Source of the DNA: an uncultured Phycisphaerales bacterium | GTDB lineage: Bacteria; Planctomycetota; Phycisphaerae; Tepidisphaerales; Tepidisphaeraceae | Length of the DNA: 64,000 nt | Assembly (NCBI GenBank): GCA_963758525.1 | Contig: CAVWVQ010000003.1 | Location: 3,776,001-3,840,000 of the forward strand | Reading direction: 5' to 3' | Shown: positions 8,745 to 18,565 of the stretch, piece after piece | How the letters are laid out: each line of letters starts with the position of its first letter | How positions within the stretch are numbered: the first letter of the stretch is position 1 | The notes under the pieces: model-generated | Seen by the model: the letters and a program-made list of their open reading frames with translations, nothing else | What the model was told of the DNA's origin: nothing | The model's database searches: none | Made by a program: the position numbers and the translations under genes

Positions 8745-10856
8745 CTAGACCGCGTAATAATCTTCCGGCACGGTTTCGGTCGGCCGCCAATCCACTTCGC
8801 CGGCCTCGGCTCCCTTGTAGCGAATGAAGATCTCGCCCATCGTCTCCTTGTTCAACTCCGGCTTGGCGTCGTGCGTCCTGGCGATCCATCTGTCGATGGT
8901 CGAGGGATCGAGTTCCCCCGCCTTCACCAGGCCGATGATGAGCACCAGCAGATGTTTGCAGATCGAGCCGCGCAGACCGCCGCAGATGTTGAGGTTCTGG
9001 GTGCAGCAGGCGTATCCGCCGCCCGACTCGATCCGACAGGCGTAAACCAGATCAGCGTCCGTCTGGCTCTTGACCACGCCATTGAGATGCGTTTCGGTGA
9101 CGTCGTTGAAGAGTTGGAATCGCTCGGCCTTGAGCATTTTCGTTGCTTTATCGATTTTCGCCTTGTCTGCGCGAAGCTCGAGCGCTTTGAGGAATGTTGC
9201 GATGTCGGTGACTTGGCCGATCTCTTTGGCAATCTGCTTTGCGATGATTCTCTTGGCGGTCGCCTGCTGTTGTTCCGCGAGCTTTTTGACCTTCTCGCGT
9301 CGCTCGCGATCGATGGCTTTCTGCTCCTGCAGTTGCTCTCGGCGCGCTTTCGCTGCCGCCGCAAGTTCCTTCTCACCCGGAAGGGGCTGCGCGAAAGCCT
9401 CGGAAATTCCTTTCAGGACGAGCTCGCGAAGTTCCTTTCCGGCCTTGGGCGATTTGCTGGTTTCGATGTCCAGTGTTTCGAAACGAACCTGGCGATTCGT
9501 CAGCATATTGGCCAGAAGCAGCATCGAAGCGGAAAAGGTCGTGCTCGTCTGCCGCGCGAGTCGCCCGGCCAGGAGCGTTTGGGGAATCCGCAGCGCCCAG
9601 CCGTACTTCAATCGTGCGGTGTCGAGTCCGACTTCCTCCCCTTCGTCCGCTGCGTCCGTTCGAACGCGAAACGTCAGGCATATCCGCCGTGCCTGTTGTG
9701 CCAATGCGTCCAATTCCTTGAGGGCGGGACCAACCGCTCCCGCGGGAGCTGCGGCAGGATTGTAGTTTGTTGCGTTCTTCAGGTTGACGCCGTGAAGCTT
9801 CGCGCCTCTGAGGTTGCACTCCGTCAAGTCCGCGGCGTCGAAGCGGGAGTTGGTCAGGTCCGTGTCCGCGAAGTTGGCGCGCACGCAACTTGCGCCGCTA
9901 AAGTTGGAATCCGGCATGCCGCAGCCGACGAACGTGACTCTGTCCAGATTGGCATTGCGGAAGCTTGCCGCGGTGAACGTGCATAAGTTGAACACGCTGT
10001 CGGAGAGGTTGGCGCCATCGAAGTCTGGGGATTTCAGCGACAGGTTCAGAAACTTCGCCAGCCGCACGGAGGTTCCCGCAAAGACACAGCCGGTTGTGTG
10101 CAGTTCCTGAGCGGCCGTCAGGCCGTACATGGATCGCGTCAACGAGGCCTTATGGAGCATCGCGCCAGTGAAGTCTGCAGACGTCAGGCTTCCCTGAAAT
10201 CGGGCGCCTTCCAGGTCTGTCTTGTGAAATCGGCTGCCCTGCACGTCCACAAACGCCGCGCCCACCGCGTCGGCTCTGCTGAAATCGCAATTCCTGGCAG
10301 AAGCGAAGCTGGCGTTGCCCAGCTTAGAGCGGGCAAAGCTGCATTGCTCAAAGCCGATGGAGCCGAAGTCGAATCCCGGCAGTTCCAAATTGTCGAAGTT
10401 CTCGCCGGCAAACGTGAAAAGCGGCGCAAAGGTTTGATGGGGATAACGCAACTGTCGAGCGTCAGCCCCAACGGCTTTCTTGAACAGATCGGCGTTCGCT
10501 TTTCCGCCGCGAATGAGCAAAAGCGCCTCCTCTTCGGTTGGCACAACCATTTTCTCAAATGCATCGGCGTCGATTGTCTGTATCCCCGCGCCGTTCGCGT
10601 TTAGCGATAGCGCGAGCTTCTGGATGGTTTTCCCTCCGCTTAAATCCCTCAAAACCAGAAAATCCGCCGACTCGTCGAGTTCCTCAACAACAACCCCTTG
10701 CTGCGCGTCGACCATCCCTGTCAGTCGTTCCTTCACTCCATGATCGAACTTCCCGTTGAAGAACACCTTCTTCCCAAGCAGACGCGTCAGCACCGGCGGG
10801 AGGGCTTGCTCCTTCGGTGCGGGATTTGGATTCGCTGCCTTCTTCATTTTCCCCAC
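8745..10856 (-). CDS. BRCT-like + pentapeptide-repeat + coiled-coil + SWIM zinc-finger protein
   Basis: LLGKKVFFNGKF...GVVVEELDESADFLVL (BRCT-like); many A(D/N)F/L pentapeptides; C-terminal CCTQNLNICGGLRGSICKHLL. Confidence 0.8.
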   Translation of the reverse strand: MGKMKKAANPNPAPKEQALPPVLTRLLGKKVFFNGKFDHGVKERLTGMVDAQQGVVVEELDESADFLVLRDLSGGKTIQKLALSLNANGAGIQTIDADAFEKMVVPTEEEALLLIRGGKANADLFKKAVGADARQLRYPHQTFAPLFTFAGENFDNLELPGFDFGSIGFEQCSFARSKLGNASFASARNCDFSRADAVGAAFVDVQGSRFHKTDLEGARFQGSLTSADFTGAMLHKASLTRSMYGLTAAQELHTTGCVFAGTSVRLAKFLNLSLKSPDFDGANLSDSVFNLCTFTAASFRNANLDRVTFVGCGMPDSNFSGASCVRANFADTDLTNSRFDAADLTECNLRGAKLHGVNLKNATNYNPAAAPAGAVGPALKELDALAQQARRICLTFRVRTDAADEGEEVGLDTARLKYGWALRIPQTLLAGRLARQTSTTFSASMLLLANMLTNRQVRFETLDIETSKSPKAGKELRELVLKGISEAFAQPLPGEKELAAAAKARREQLQEQKAIDRERREKVKKLAEQQQATAKRIIAKQIAKEIGQVTDIATFLKALELRADKAKIDKATKMLKAERFQLFNDVTETHLNGVVKSQTDADLVYACRIESGGGYACCTQNLNICGGLRGSICKHLLVLIIGLVKAGELDPSTIDRWIARTHDAKPELNKETMGEIFIRYKGAEAGEVDWRPTETVPEDYYAV

Positions 10857-10859
10857 ATT

Positions 10860-12332
10860 TCACCCCTTGGCCGGCGCCCAGCCTTTGACGATGTTCTCAG
10901 CCTTCATCCCTATGAGCAAAGCCTCAATCTGCTCGCGCGAATTGCTCACGCGAATATCCCGGTCGATCGGTGTCGCGCGATTGGGACTGAAATCGGTGAA
11001 ATACGCGACATATGCCGGGAAATTGCCGCCTTCGGATTCCTTGTTGGTTTTCCAGAGCAGCAGCTTGCGGACCATCAGGTTGCCCTTGATGGTTTTCGTG
11101 AAGACCTCGCGCTGGAGCATCTGGCTTTTGGGAAGCGAAAGCTGCCGGGCGTCGCGATCGATCATCGCGACTTCGGTGATCTCGTGCACCTGATGCAGGC
11201 GAAGGTCCTGATGGCGAATCGTCTTGTCCTCGCGACGACGCACGAAGTTGGGCGAGATCGGGCTGGCCAGCGGAAGCCGCCGGATGGACTGATACATGTT
11301 GCGCGGCATGTCGTAGCCGAGCACCATCCGGTCGATGCTTCCGCCGCGCGTGGTCTGGCTGATCAGATCGAGGCAGGAGATTTCGATCACCCATTCGGGA
11401 CGGACCATCTGGTAAGCGACCGACTCGTTCACCTCGGCGTAGTCACTGTGGGCGGCCATGTCTTTGAGATCGCTGAGCCAGGCGCGCCGCTCGTCTTCGC
11501 TGATCCCGCCGCCGACGCGGCCCAGGATGTGGAAGCTGCTGTCCTGCCGCATCAGTCCGACGAGCATGTCGTGAATCATTCCCACGCGATCGTCCACGCC
11601 TTCGGTAAATCCCAGCACGGCCACGTCGAGCGAGATGCGCGGCTTGATCTTGAACAACCCGCCGCTGTCGGAGCGAACGACCAGACCCTCGCCGCCTTCC
11701 TCATCAACCCACTTGGCGAAACGTTGCATCACGTCGTCGACCGTTTTGGCCCTCGCGGTTTCCACGGGGTGGATCTTCTTGCCCGACTTGAAAGTTGCTT
11801 CGATTTTTTTGTGGACTTCGGCATATGCCGTCGGAGCGGATTTGTCGTCGATTTCATGAATGTCGAAGACGGCAAACTGCAGCAGGTCAAGCTCGGCTTG
11901 CGATTCGGGTTGGCGGGCGACGCGGGAAACATCGTGCACGCGCGGGCGGCGATCCGTCCGGGCAACGTATAACTCGCCGGCCAGGATCATCTTTTTGTGC
12001 TTTGTTTTGCCGAGCAGGGCGACCGCTTCCTGCATGAACGGCAATCCCGTCCGCACGACCCCGCCGGGATTGACCGAGCAGCAGTGGTCGCCGTCGATGA
12101 CCAGCAGCGTGAATTCCCCATCGACCTTTCGGCTGACAAAATAGTCGCAGGCGGGCAACTTCTCCTTCGCCGACGCCCGATCCAGCGCCATCATCTGTGC
12201 CGCCAGCTTGCGGCGGCATTCCTGGGCCTTGAGCGGGATAAACGGATCGGCCATGCATTGCGCTTTGCCGACGCCGTAGGTGCCAAAGAGCATCTGCAGG
12301 CGCGAGGTGTCGAGGAGCGTGTTGGTCGCCAT
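10860..12332 (-). CDS. ATP-dependent polynucleotide (DNA) ligase with OB fold and WGR-like C-terminal domain
   Basis: Motifs I RKVDG, III GELY, IIIa FAVFDI, IV EGLVVR, V FKIKP; OB-fold VGGGIS, VRPEWVIEI, PNFVRRREDK; tail ends ENIVKGW. Confidence 0.85.
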   Translation of the reverse strand: MATNTLLDTSRLQMLFGTYGVGKAQCMADPFIPLKAQECRRKLAAQMMALDRASAKEKLPACDYFVSRKVDGEFTLLVIDGDHCCSVNPGGVVRTGLPFMQEAVALLGKTKHKKMILAGELYVARTDRRPRVHDVSRVARQPESQAELDLLQFAVFDIHEIDDKSAPTAYAEVHKKIEATFKSGKKIHPVETARAKTVDDVMQRFAKWVDEEGGEGLVVRSDSGGLFKIKPRISLDVAVLGFTEGVDDRVGMIHDMLVGLMRQDSSFHILGRVGGGISEDERRAWLSDLKDMAAHSDYAEVNESVAYQMVRPEWVIEISCLDLISQTTRGGSIDRMVLGYDMPRNMYQSIRRLPLASPISPNFVRRREDKTIRHQDLRLHQVHEITEVAMIDRDARQLSLPKSQMLQREVFTKTIKGNLMVRKLLLWKTNKESEGGNFPAYVAYFTDFSPNRATPIDRDIRVSNSREQIEALLIGMKAENIVKGWAPAKG

Positions 12333-12335
12333 TGG

Positions 12336-13055
12336 TTACTCGCTGGTTTGCGGCCGCGCCTCGGCGGCCTTGAGTTCCATGTTGGAGAGGTGGAGGATCA
12401 GGCAATAGTTTTCCGCCTGCGTGCGTCCCTCCAGGAATCCGCGAAACTGCTGCCCGCCGCGAGTGAGGATCAGCGGATGATTCCCCTTGGGCCCGGCGCC
12501 GATAGCCATGAGGCTGTCGGTTTGCTCCAGTTCCCTGGCCATTGCGAAGAGGAAGTCGTAGGTGAGTCCGTTGACGTGAACGATCTGCCGTTTTCCCGCG
12601 AAGACAAACTTGTTGTAAACGTCCTTCTTCTTCATCAGTTTGCCGGACCACTTCAGCGGCGTTTCCCCGGCGCAGTTGGCCTGGGCGACCTTCCGCGGAC
12701 GCCGTTCGCGCTCGGTGCCGTCCGGATTCCGAATCACCTCAAATTGCTTCACCTTGTGAACGATCTTCCCGTCGGCGTCGATGAAGACCCGGCTGGTCTC
12801 CCTCAGCGTTGATCCAAAAGTTTCGATGTCGACATCCGGATCGCCGTCGATCAGAAGCTGTGCGATTTTGTCTCGCCCGCCGGCTTTCGCTTCGAGTGCC
12901 GCCAGATCATGCGCCGCATGCGCTTTCATCAGCCGGCACGACTGAATCTGCCGCCCCTGCTCGTCGAGCCAGCGCACCTTCGCCGGCTTCAAAACGCTCT
13001 GCGCACCCACCACCGCATCGCGTCCTTTGCTGTTGGCTATATTAATCGTTCCCAT
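12336..13055 (-). CDS. Hypothetical protein, possible divergent Ku-like
   Basis: 239-aa ORF tightly linked to the ligase; YDFLFAMARELEQTDSL helix followed by beta strands. The CDS is solid; the Ku call is tentative. Confidence 0.6.
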   Translation of the reverse strand: MGTINIANSKGRDAVVGAQSVLKPAKVRWLDEQGRQIQSCRLMKAHAAHDLAALEAKAGGRDKIAQLLIDGDPDVDIETFGSTLRETSRVFIDADGKIVHKVKQFEVIRNPDGTERERRPRKVAQANCAGETPLKWSGKLMKKKDVYNKFVFAGKRQIVHVNGLTYDFLFAMARELEQTDSLMAIGAGPKGNHPLILTRGGQQFRGFLEGRTQAENYCLILHLSNMELKAAEARPQTSE

Positions 13056-13070
13056 GTCCGCTCGCTCTTG

Positions 13071-13100
13071 CCTTCGTGCCTCCGTGCCTCCGTGCCTTCC
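13071..13100. repeat. Tandem octamer CCTYCGTG x3 plus partial
   Basis: Same unit as at 6203-6249. Confidence 0.85.
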
Positions 13101-13103
13101 CCC

Positions 13104-13718
13104 CTACATCATCCCGAAATCCATCGCCTCTTCATCCTCCGCTGTCGTGTCTTCGTCGCCGCTGATGGCGGCGCTTTGGTCGAAGCCAACGAACTCGAGT
13201 TTCGTGGGCGATCCCACCGCGAGAAACGGCGTTCCATCCGCGGCGAGCAGGAGAAAGCCGGTGTCGGCCTCCAGGCCGCCGCGGAACGAATAGGGGAACT
13301 GATAAATCGTCCCTTTTTTCAGTTCTGCCAGAAGCCCGCCGAAGTCTGCTTCGCAACTGATCTGATAGACCGACCGTATGTCGTGACTGAGATACTCTTC
13401 GATCGTCGCGGTCTTTTCCACCACGACTGGCGCGGCGTAAGAGGAACTGACCGGCACGATGCGGCTTCCCTGATTGTCAGTGGGAATCAGCGTCTTCTTT
13501 TCAACCCAATGCCCTTCGGGCGAGAGGGTGACCAGCGCCGTCCCGCCCGAAAAGATGACGCTCTTGCCGTCGTCGGCCAACGTCGCCAAGGTGCATTTGC
13601 GGCCCTTCTCGTCGAGCGTTTCGATCTCGACAGAGCCGTACAAGTCGGATCGCTCGACTCGGTTCAACGCAAACGGCAACTCAACTCCCCCGAAAGCCAA
13701 TATGAGCGGCTTAGCCAT
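13104..13718 (-). CDS. Hypothetical protein, possible divergent Ku-like with acidic tail
   Basis: ILAFGGVELPFAL resembles the Ku N-terminal ISFGLVNIPVKL pattern; DIRSVYQI; LLAELKKG..YSFRGG; tail EDEEAMDFGMM. Confidence 0.65.
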   Translation of the reverse strand: MAKPLILAFGGVELPFALNRVERSDLYGSVEIETLDEKGRKCTLATLADDGKSVIFSGGTALVTLSPEGHWVEKKTLIPTDNQGSRIVPVSSSYAAPVVVEKTATIEEYLSHDIRSVYQISCEADFGGLLAELKKGTIYQFPYSFRGGLEADTGFLLLAADGTPFLAVGSPTKLEFVGFDQSAAISGDEDTTAEDEEAMDFGMM

Positions 13719-13883
13719 GATTCATAGATTGAAGCGATCAAGCGGGACGGAGTCAACGGTTCCCAAGTTCATCTCTTCACATGCAGCATGATCGGCTGTT
13801 GATCGCGCCAGATCGAAAGATCGCAGGAGGCCCCGTTCCGCGGCCGATTGTACCAGCAGCTCGTTTGCAGTTATGGCAGGCTG

Positions 13884-15359
13884 CTACGCCATCAGCGGCC
13901 TAACGACGTTCCCATGAACGTCGGTCAGACGGAAGTCACGGCCCTGAAACTTGAACGTCAGGCGTTCGTGGTTGATCCCGAGGCAGGCCAGCAGAGTGGC
14001 ATTGAAGTCGTAGACCTCGACGGGATCTTTGACGATGTTGTAGCAGTAGTCGTCGGTCTGGCCGTAGGTGAAGCCGCTCTTGAGCCCGCCGCCGGCCGCC
14101 CACATCGTGAAGCAACGACCGTGATGATCGCGGCCGTAATTGTCCTTGGACAGCGATCCCTGACTATAGATGGTCCGCCCGAACTCGCCGCCCCAGACGA
14201 CGAGCGTGTCGTCCAGCAGGCCGCGTTGTTTGAGGTCTTTGACCAGGGCGGCGGTGGGCAGGTCGACATCCTTGCATTGTCCGCGGATCTGGCTGGGCAG
14301 ATTGCTGTGCTGGTCCCAGCCGCGATGCATCAGTTGCACGAATCGCACGCCGCGCTCGGCCATCCGCCGGGCGAGCAGGCAGTTTCTCGCGTATCCGCCA
14401 TCGACGGCGTTGTTGCCGGTTTCGTCCAGTCCGTATGCTTCCAGCGTGGCCTTGGATTCCTGCGAGAGGTCCGTCAGATCCGGCACGCTGCTCTGCATCC
14501 GATAGGCCATCTCATATTGCGCGATTCGCGTGCTGATCTCGGGATCTCCAAAGGCGTTGGCAGCGATGTGATTCAGCTTCGCCTCGGCGTCCAGCATGGT
14601 CCGCCGGTCTGTCTTGGAGACGCCGGGAGGGTCGGAGAGATAGAGGACGGGGTCCCCGCCGGAGCGAAGCCGCACGCCCTGATACTGACTCGGCAGAAAA
14701 CCTGATCCCCACAATCTCGAGAAGATTGGCTGGTCGGTCTTGTTGCCGCTCCCCTGGCTGATGAGAACGACGAAGCCCGGCAGATTTTGATTCTCGCTCC
14801 CCAGGCCGTAGCTGAGCCACGCCCCCATGCTTGGGCGGCCCGGCTGCTGCGAGCCGGTCTGGAGAAAGGTGATGGCCGGGTCGTGATTGATGGCTTCAGT
14901 GTTCAAACTTTTCACCAGGCAGATGTCGTCGACGATCGACGCGGTATGCGGAAGCAATTCGCTGAGCCAGGTGCCGCTCTGACCATGTTGTTTGAACTTG
15001 AATATTGGCGCGGCACACGGAAAAGACGCCTGCCCGCTGGACATTCCGGTGAGGCGCTGGCCCCCGCGAATTCTGGCCGGGAGTTCGGTGCCGTTGAGCT
15101 TTTGCAGGCTCGGCTTGTAGTCGAACAGATCGATGTGAGACGGCCCGCCGCTCATCACCATGTAAATGACGCGCTTGGCCGTCGGCGCAAAGTGCGGAGC
15201 GGCGAACGTTCCGCCCGCGCCGGTTGGCTGGAGATTCTGCGCGCCGAAGAGCTCGGGATTGAGGAGCGAGGCCAGGGCGGCGGCGCCGATACCGGTCGCC
15301 GTGCGGCCGAAAAGTTGCCGGCGTGTCAGAAGCAATTGATGTTGTCGTTGAAGGTCCAT
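13884..15359 (-). CDS. DUF1501 domain protein
   Basis: TRRQLF leader; [33 protein letters not shown]. Confidence 0.92.
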   Translation of the reverse strand: MDLQRQHQLLLTRRQLFGRTATGIGAAALASLLNPELFGAQNLQPTGAGGTFAAPHFAPTAKRVIYMVMSGGPSHIDLFDYKPSLQKLNGTELPARIRGGQRLTGMSSGQASFPCAAPIFKFKQHGQSGTWLSELLPHTASIVDDICLVKSLNTEAINHDPAITFLQTGSQQPGRPSMGAWLSYGLGSENQNLPGFVVLISQGSGNKTDQPIFSRLWGSGFLPSQYQGVRLRSGGDPVLYLSDPPGVSKTDRRTMLDAEAKLNHIAANAFGDPEISTRIAQYEMAYRMQSSVPDLTDLSQESKATLEAYGLDETGNNAVDGGYARNCLLARRMAERGVRFVQLMHRGWDQHSNLPSQIRGQCKDVDLPTAALVKDLKQRGLLDDTLVVWGGEFGRTIYSQGSLSKDNYGRDHHGRCFTMWAAGGGLKSGFTYGQTDDYCYNIVKDPVEVYDFNATLLACLGINHERLTFKFQGRDFRLTDVHGNVVRPLMA

Positions 15360-15377
15360 GTACTCCCGCTCTTTCGC

Positions 15378-18300
15378 TCAACTTTTCGTCACCGCTTCAT
15401 CCAGGTTCAAAATCACGCTGACCACGTTGGTCCATGCGGCCAGTTCCGGCACGTTGAGCGTCGCATCGCGCTTCGATTCACCGACGCGCAGCAGTTTGTC
15501 GGCGGCGGCCGGATCATTTTGATAACGCGCCAGTTCGCGATCGAACACATCCCTAAGCACGGAAGTCTCTTCGGCAGTGGGCTTGCGGCACAGCACCAAC
15601 CGGAAGCTCAATGCGATCCGCTCGTCGCCGGACATGCTGGCTTCGTGCATCATCCGCTCTGCGATTTTGCGGCTGGCTTCGACGTATGTCGGATCGTTCA
15701 TCAGCACCAGCGCCTGCAGCGGCGTGTTGGTGCGGCCCCGGCGGACGGTGCAACCCTCGCGGTCAGGGGCGTCAAAGGTCGAAAGCGACGGAGGCGGGCA
15801 AGTTCTTTTCCAAAACGTGTACATCGTCCGGCGATACAGGTCTGGTCCATGGCTTTGCGAATAAGTCTGCGCCGTGAATTTTTCGCCGTCATTGCGGCTC
15901 ATCAACTCTTCCCAAAGTCCGCTGGGCTGATAGGGGCTGACGCTCGCGCCGCCGATGCGCCCGTCGAGCAGGCCGCTGGCGGCCAGGGCCTGATCGCGAA
16001 TGAATTCCGCCTGCAATCGAAAACGCGGGCCGCGCGCGAGCAGTCGGTTTTCCGGATCGCGCTCGTTCAGCTCAGGAGTGACAACCGATGACTGTCGATA
16101 GGTCGAACTGGTCACCATCAACCGGACCATATGACGAAGATCCCATCCTGCGCTTGTGCCGGGCGGACCGTCTCGGAATTCAACAGCGAGCCAGTCGAGT
16201 AACTCAGGATGGCTCGGCAACTCGCCTTGAGCACCGAAATCCTCGGCGGTCTTCACCAGCCCTGTCCCGAAAAACATTTGCCAGTATCGATTGATCGTGA
16301 CCCGTGCCGTCAGCGGATGGCTGGGATCGACCAGCCAGCGCACAGACCGAGTCGATTCTTCGGCTGACCCTGCGGCATGGGCGGGAGAAATGCCGGCAGG
16401 TCGGGAGTGACCACGTCCCCGTGTTTGTCATATTGGCCGCGAAGAAGAATGTACGATGTTCTCGGCTGATCCATTTCCTCCATGACCATGGTGCTTGGAA
16501 TGGTTTGTTCGAGGTTCTCACGCTGCTTTTTCAGACGCGCCAATTCGACCGCATACCCGTGGCCTTCGGGCCAAATCGTCTGGCGGTAGTAATCCCGCAC
16601 GGCTGCCGCCTGGGCGTCGGTGCGGCTCGCAGGCGCAACCTTCAACGCGGCAGCGACATCCTTGGGAAGCGTCTGCCGCTTCGCGGGCGGGAGCGAATCG
16701 CTGACGCTCAGGCGGAATCGCCCCAGTTGATGCTGGCGGAATTGGGACTGAAACTCCAGTCGCAACGCGAGTCGATTGACATGACCCAGCGGCTGAGTGA
16801 GTTCGAAGATCGCCTCGTGCGGCTTTCCCACCTCTGGATAAATGGCCCATCCCGCGCCAGCGGCGCCCTTCACGGCACTCCCAACCGGGTAACTGTCCTG
16901 GCTGAAATCAGCAGTCGCGCGGTGAAACGACAGATCCACGCTCGGCCCCGAAACGGGATCGACGCTGCCGCGGAATCCCGTCAGCACAAAATTGCCATTG
17001 GAGGAACGTCCTGGGCCGCTTTGCTCCAGGGTGCTGTCCGGCAGCGCTTCGAGGCGGATTGCCGCGATCTTTGCCAGGCCCACGGGGGCGGTGACCAGGT
17101 AGGTATCGGTTGCGGTGGCCGGGCCGGTGACGGCAACGCTTCCGTCTTTCTCCTGCGCGAAATATGCCCCGCCCGTGGACTTCATCTCCGACGGGTTCAG
17201 AACGGTCCAGTTTGCCTTCTCGTGACCATTGGCCAGCTTCTCCCACGCGGCCTGCAATGCGGCAAGTTCGGGGGACGGCGCACTGAGCTTTTTGTTCAAC
17301 TCCGCTTCAGCCGCGTCGAGCTGTTTGAGCTGCGACGTTTGCTCCGCAGTGGGGGTCTGCAGCAGCGGCCAGGCGTTTCCGTGGGCGCCGTCCAGACCCT
17401 TCTCGGGCACATTGTTAAAGAACGCAAAAAGCTGATAAAACTCTTTTTGCGTGACCGGGTCGAACTTGTGATCGTGACACTGGGCGCAGCCGACGGTCAG
17501 CCCCATGAAGACAGTGCCGGTGGTATTCACCCGGTCGATGACATAGGCGGTGTGATATTCATCGGGGATGGCGCCGCCTTCGAAGTTGACCATGTTGTTG
17601 CGCACGAAGCCGGTCGCAATTTTCTGGTCGTTCGTGGAATGGGGGAGCAAATCCCCGGCAAGCTGCTCCACGATGAACTGATCGAAAGGCTTGTTGGCGG
17701 CAAAGGCATTGATGACCCAGTCGCGCCAGTGGGTCTGATCGCGACCGCTGTCGATGTGGTAGCCGTGCGTGTCGGCATATCGCGCCGCATCCAGCCACTC
17801 GGTGGCCAGCCGTTCGCCGTGGCGCGGCGAGGCCAGCAGCCGATCCACTATCTTCTCGTACGCATCGGGTGAGGCATCAGCGACAAAGGCGTCCACCTCC
17901 GCCGGCGTGGGAGGAAGCCCGGTGAGATCCAGTGTCACCCGCCGAATGAGAGTGACCTTGTCCGCCTCCGCGGACGGATGCAGTCCTTCGCGGTGGAGTC
18001 GATCGAGCACGAAAGCGTCGATCGGATTTCGCACCCATCGCGTGTCGGCCGCGTCACTGAACTGCGGCGTCGCCGGGCGCTGCGGCGGAATGAACGCCCA
18101 ATGCGGCTGCCAGGGCGCACCCTCTTCAATCCAGTGCTTGATCAGGCCCATCTCAGCGGCGGAGAGTTTCTTGCCGGAATTGGGCGGCGGCATCATCTCG
18201 TCGGGATCCTGCGAGAAGATCCGACGCGCGATCTGGCTCTGGTCCGGCTTGCCGGGAACGACCGGGCTTCCATCCTTGAGCGGCGAAAACAGCCCATCCT

Positions 18301-18487
18301 TTTTGTCCAGCCGCAAATCGGCCTTGCGTCGATGGCTGTCCGGGCCATGACACATGTAGCAATTCGCCGACAAAACCGGCCGGATGTCGCGATTGAACAA
18401 AACGGCGGCTTCGTTGCCAGCCACCAGCGGACCGCTGCAGACAATGACCAGAGGGCAGAGAATTCTGAAAATCATGCGTTTATTCAT
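15378..18487 (-). CDS. Planctomycete cytochrome c / DUF1549 / DUF1553 protein, frameshifted near 16345
   Basis: CYMCH and [43 protein letters not shown] split across ORFs 16310-18487 and 15378-16343. Confidence 0.9.
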
Positions 18488-18565
18488 CGATCATGTCCGG
18501 GTCCGATGCTCCGGGCAATTTATATACGTGAGATATAAATCGGTGTTTCCGAAAAATCGCACAGT

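Noticed and set aside
15378..18487. Split DUF1549/DUF1553 gene as a programmed frameshift or true pseudogene
   Set aside because: No slippery sequence; one of many similar indels, best explained as sequencing error.
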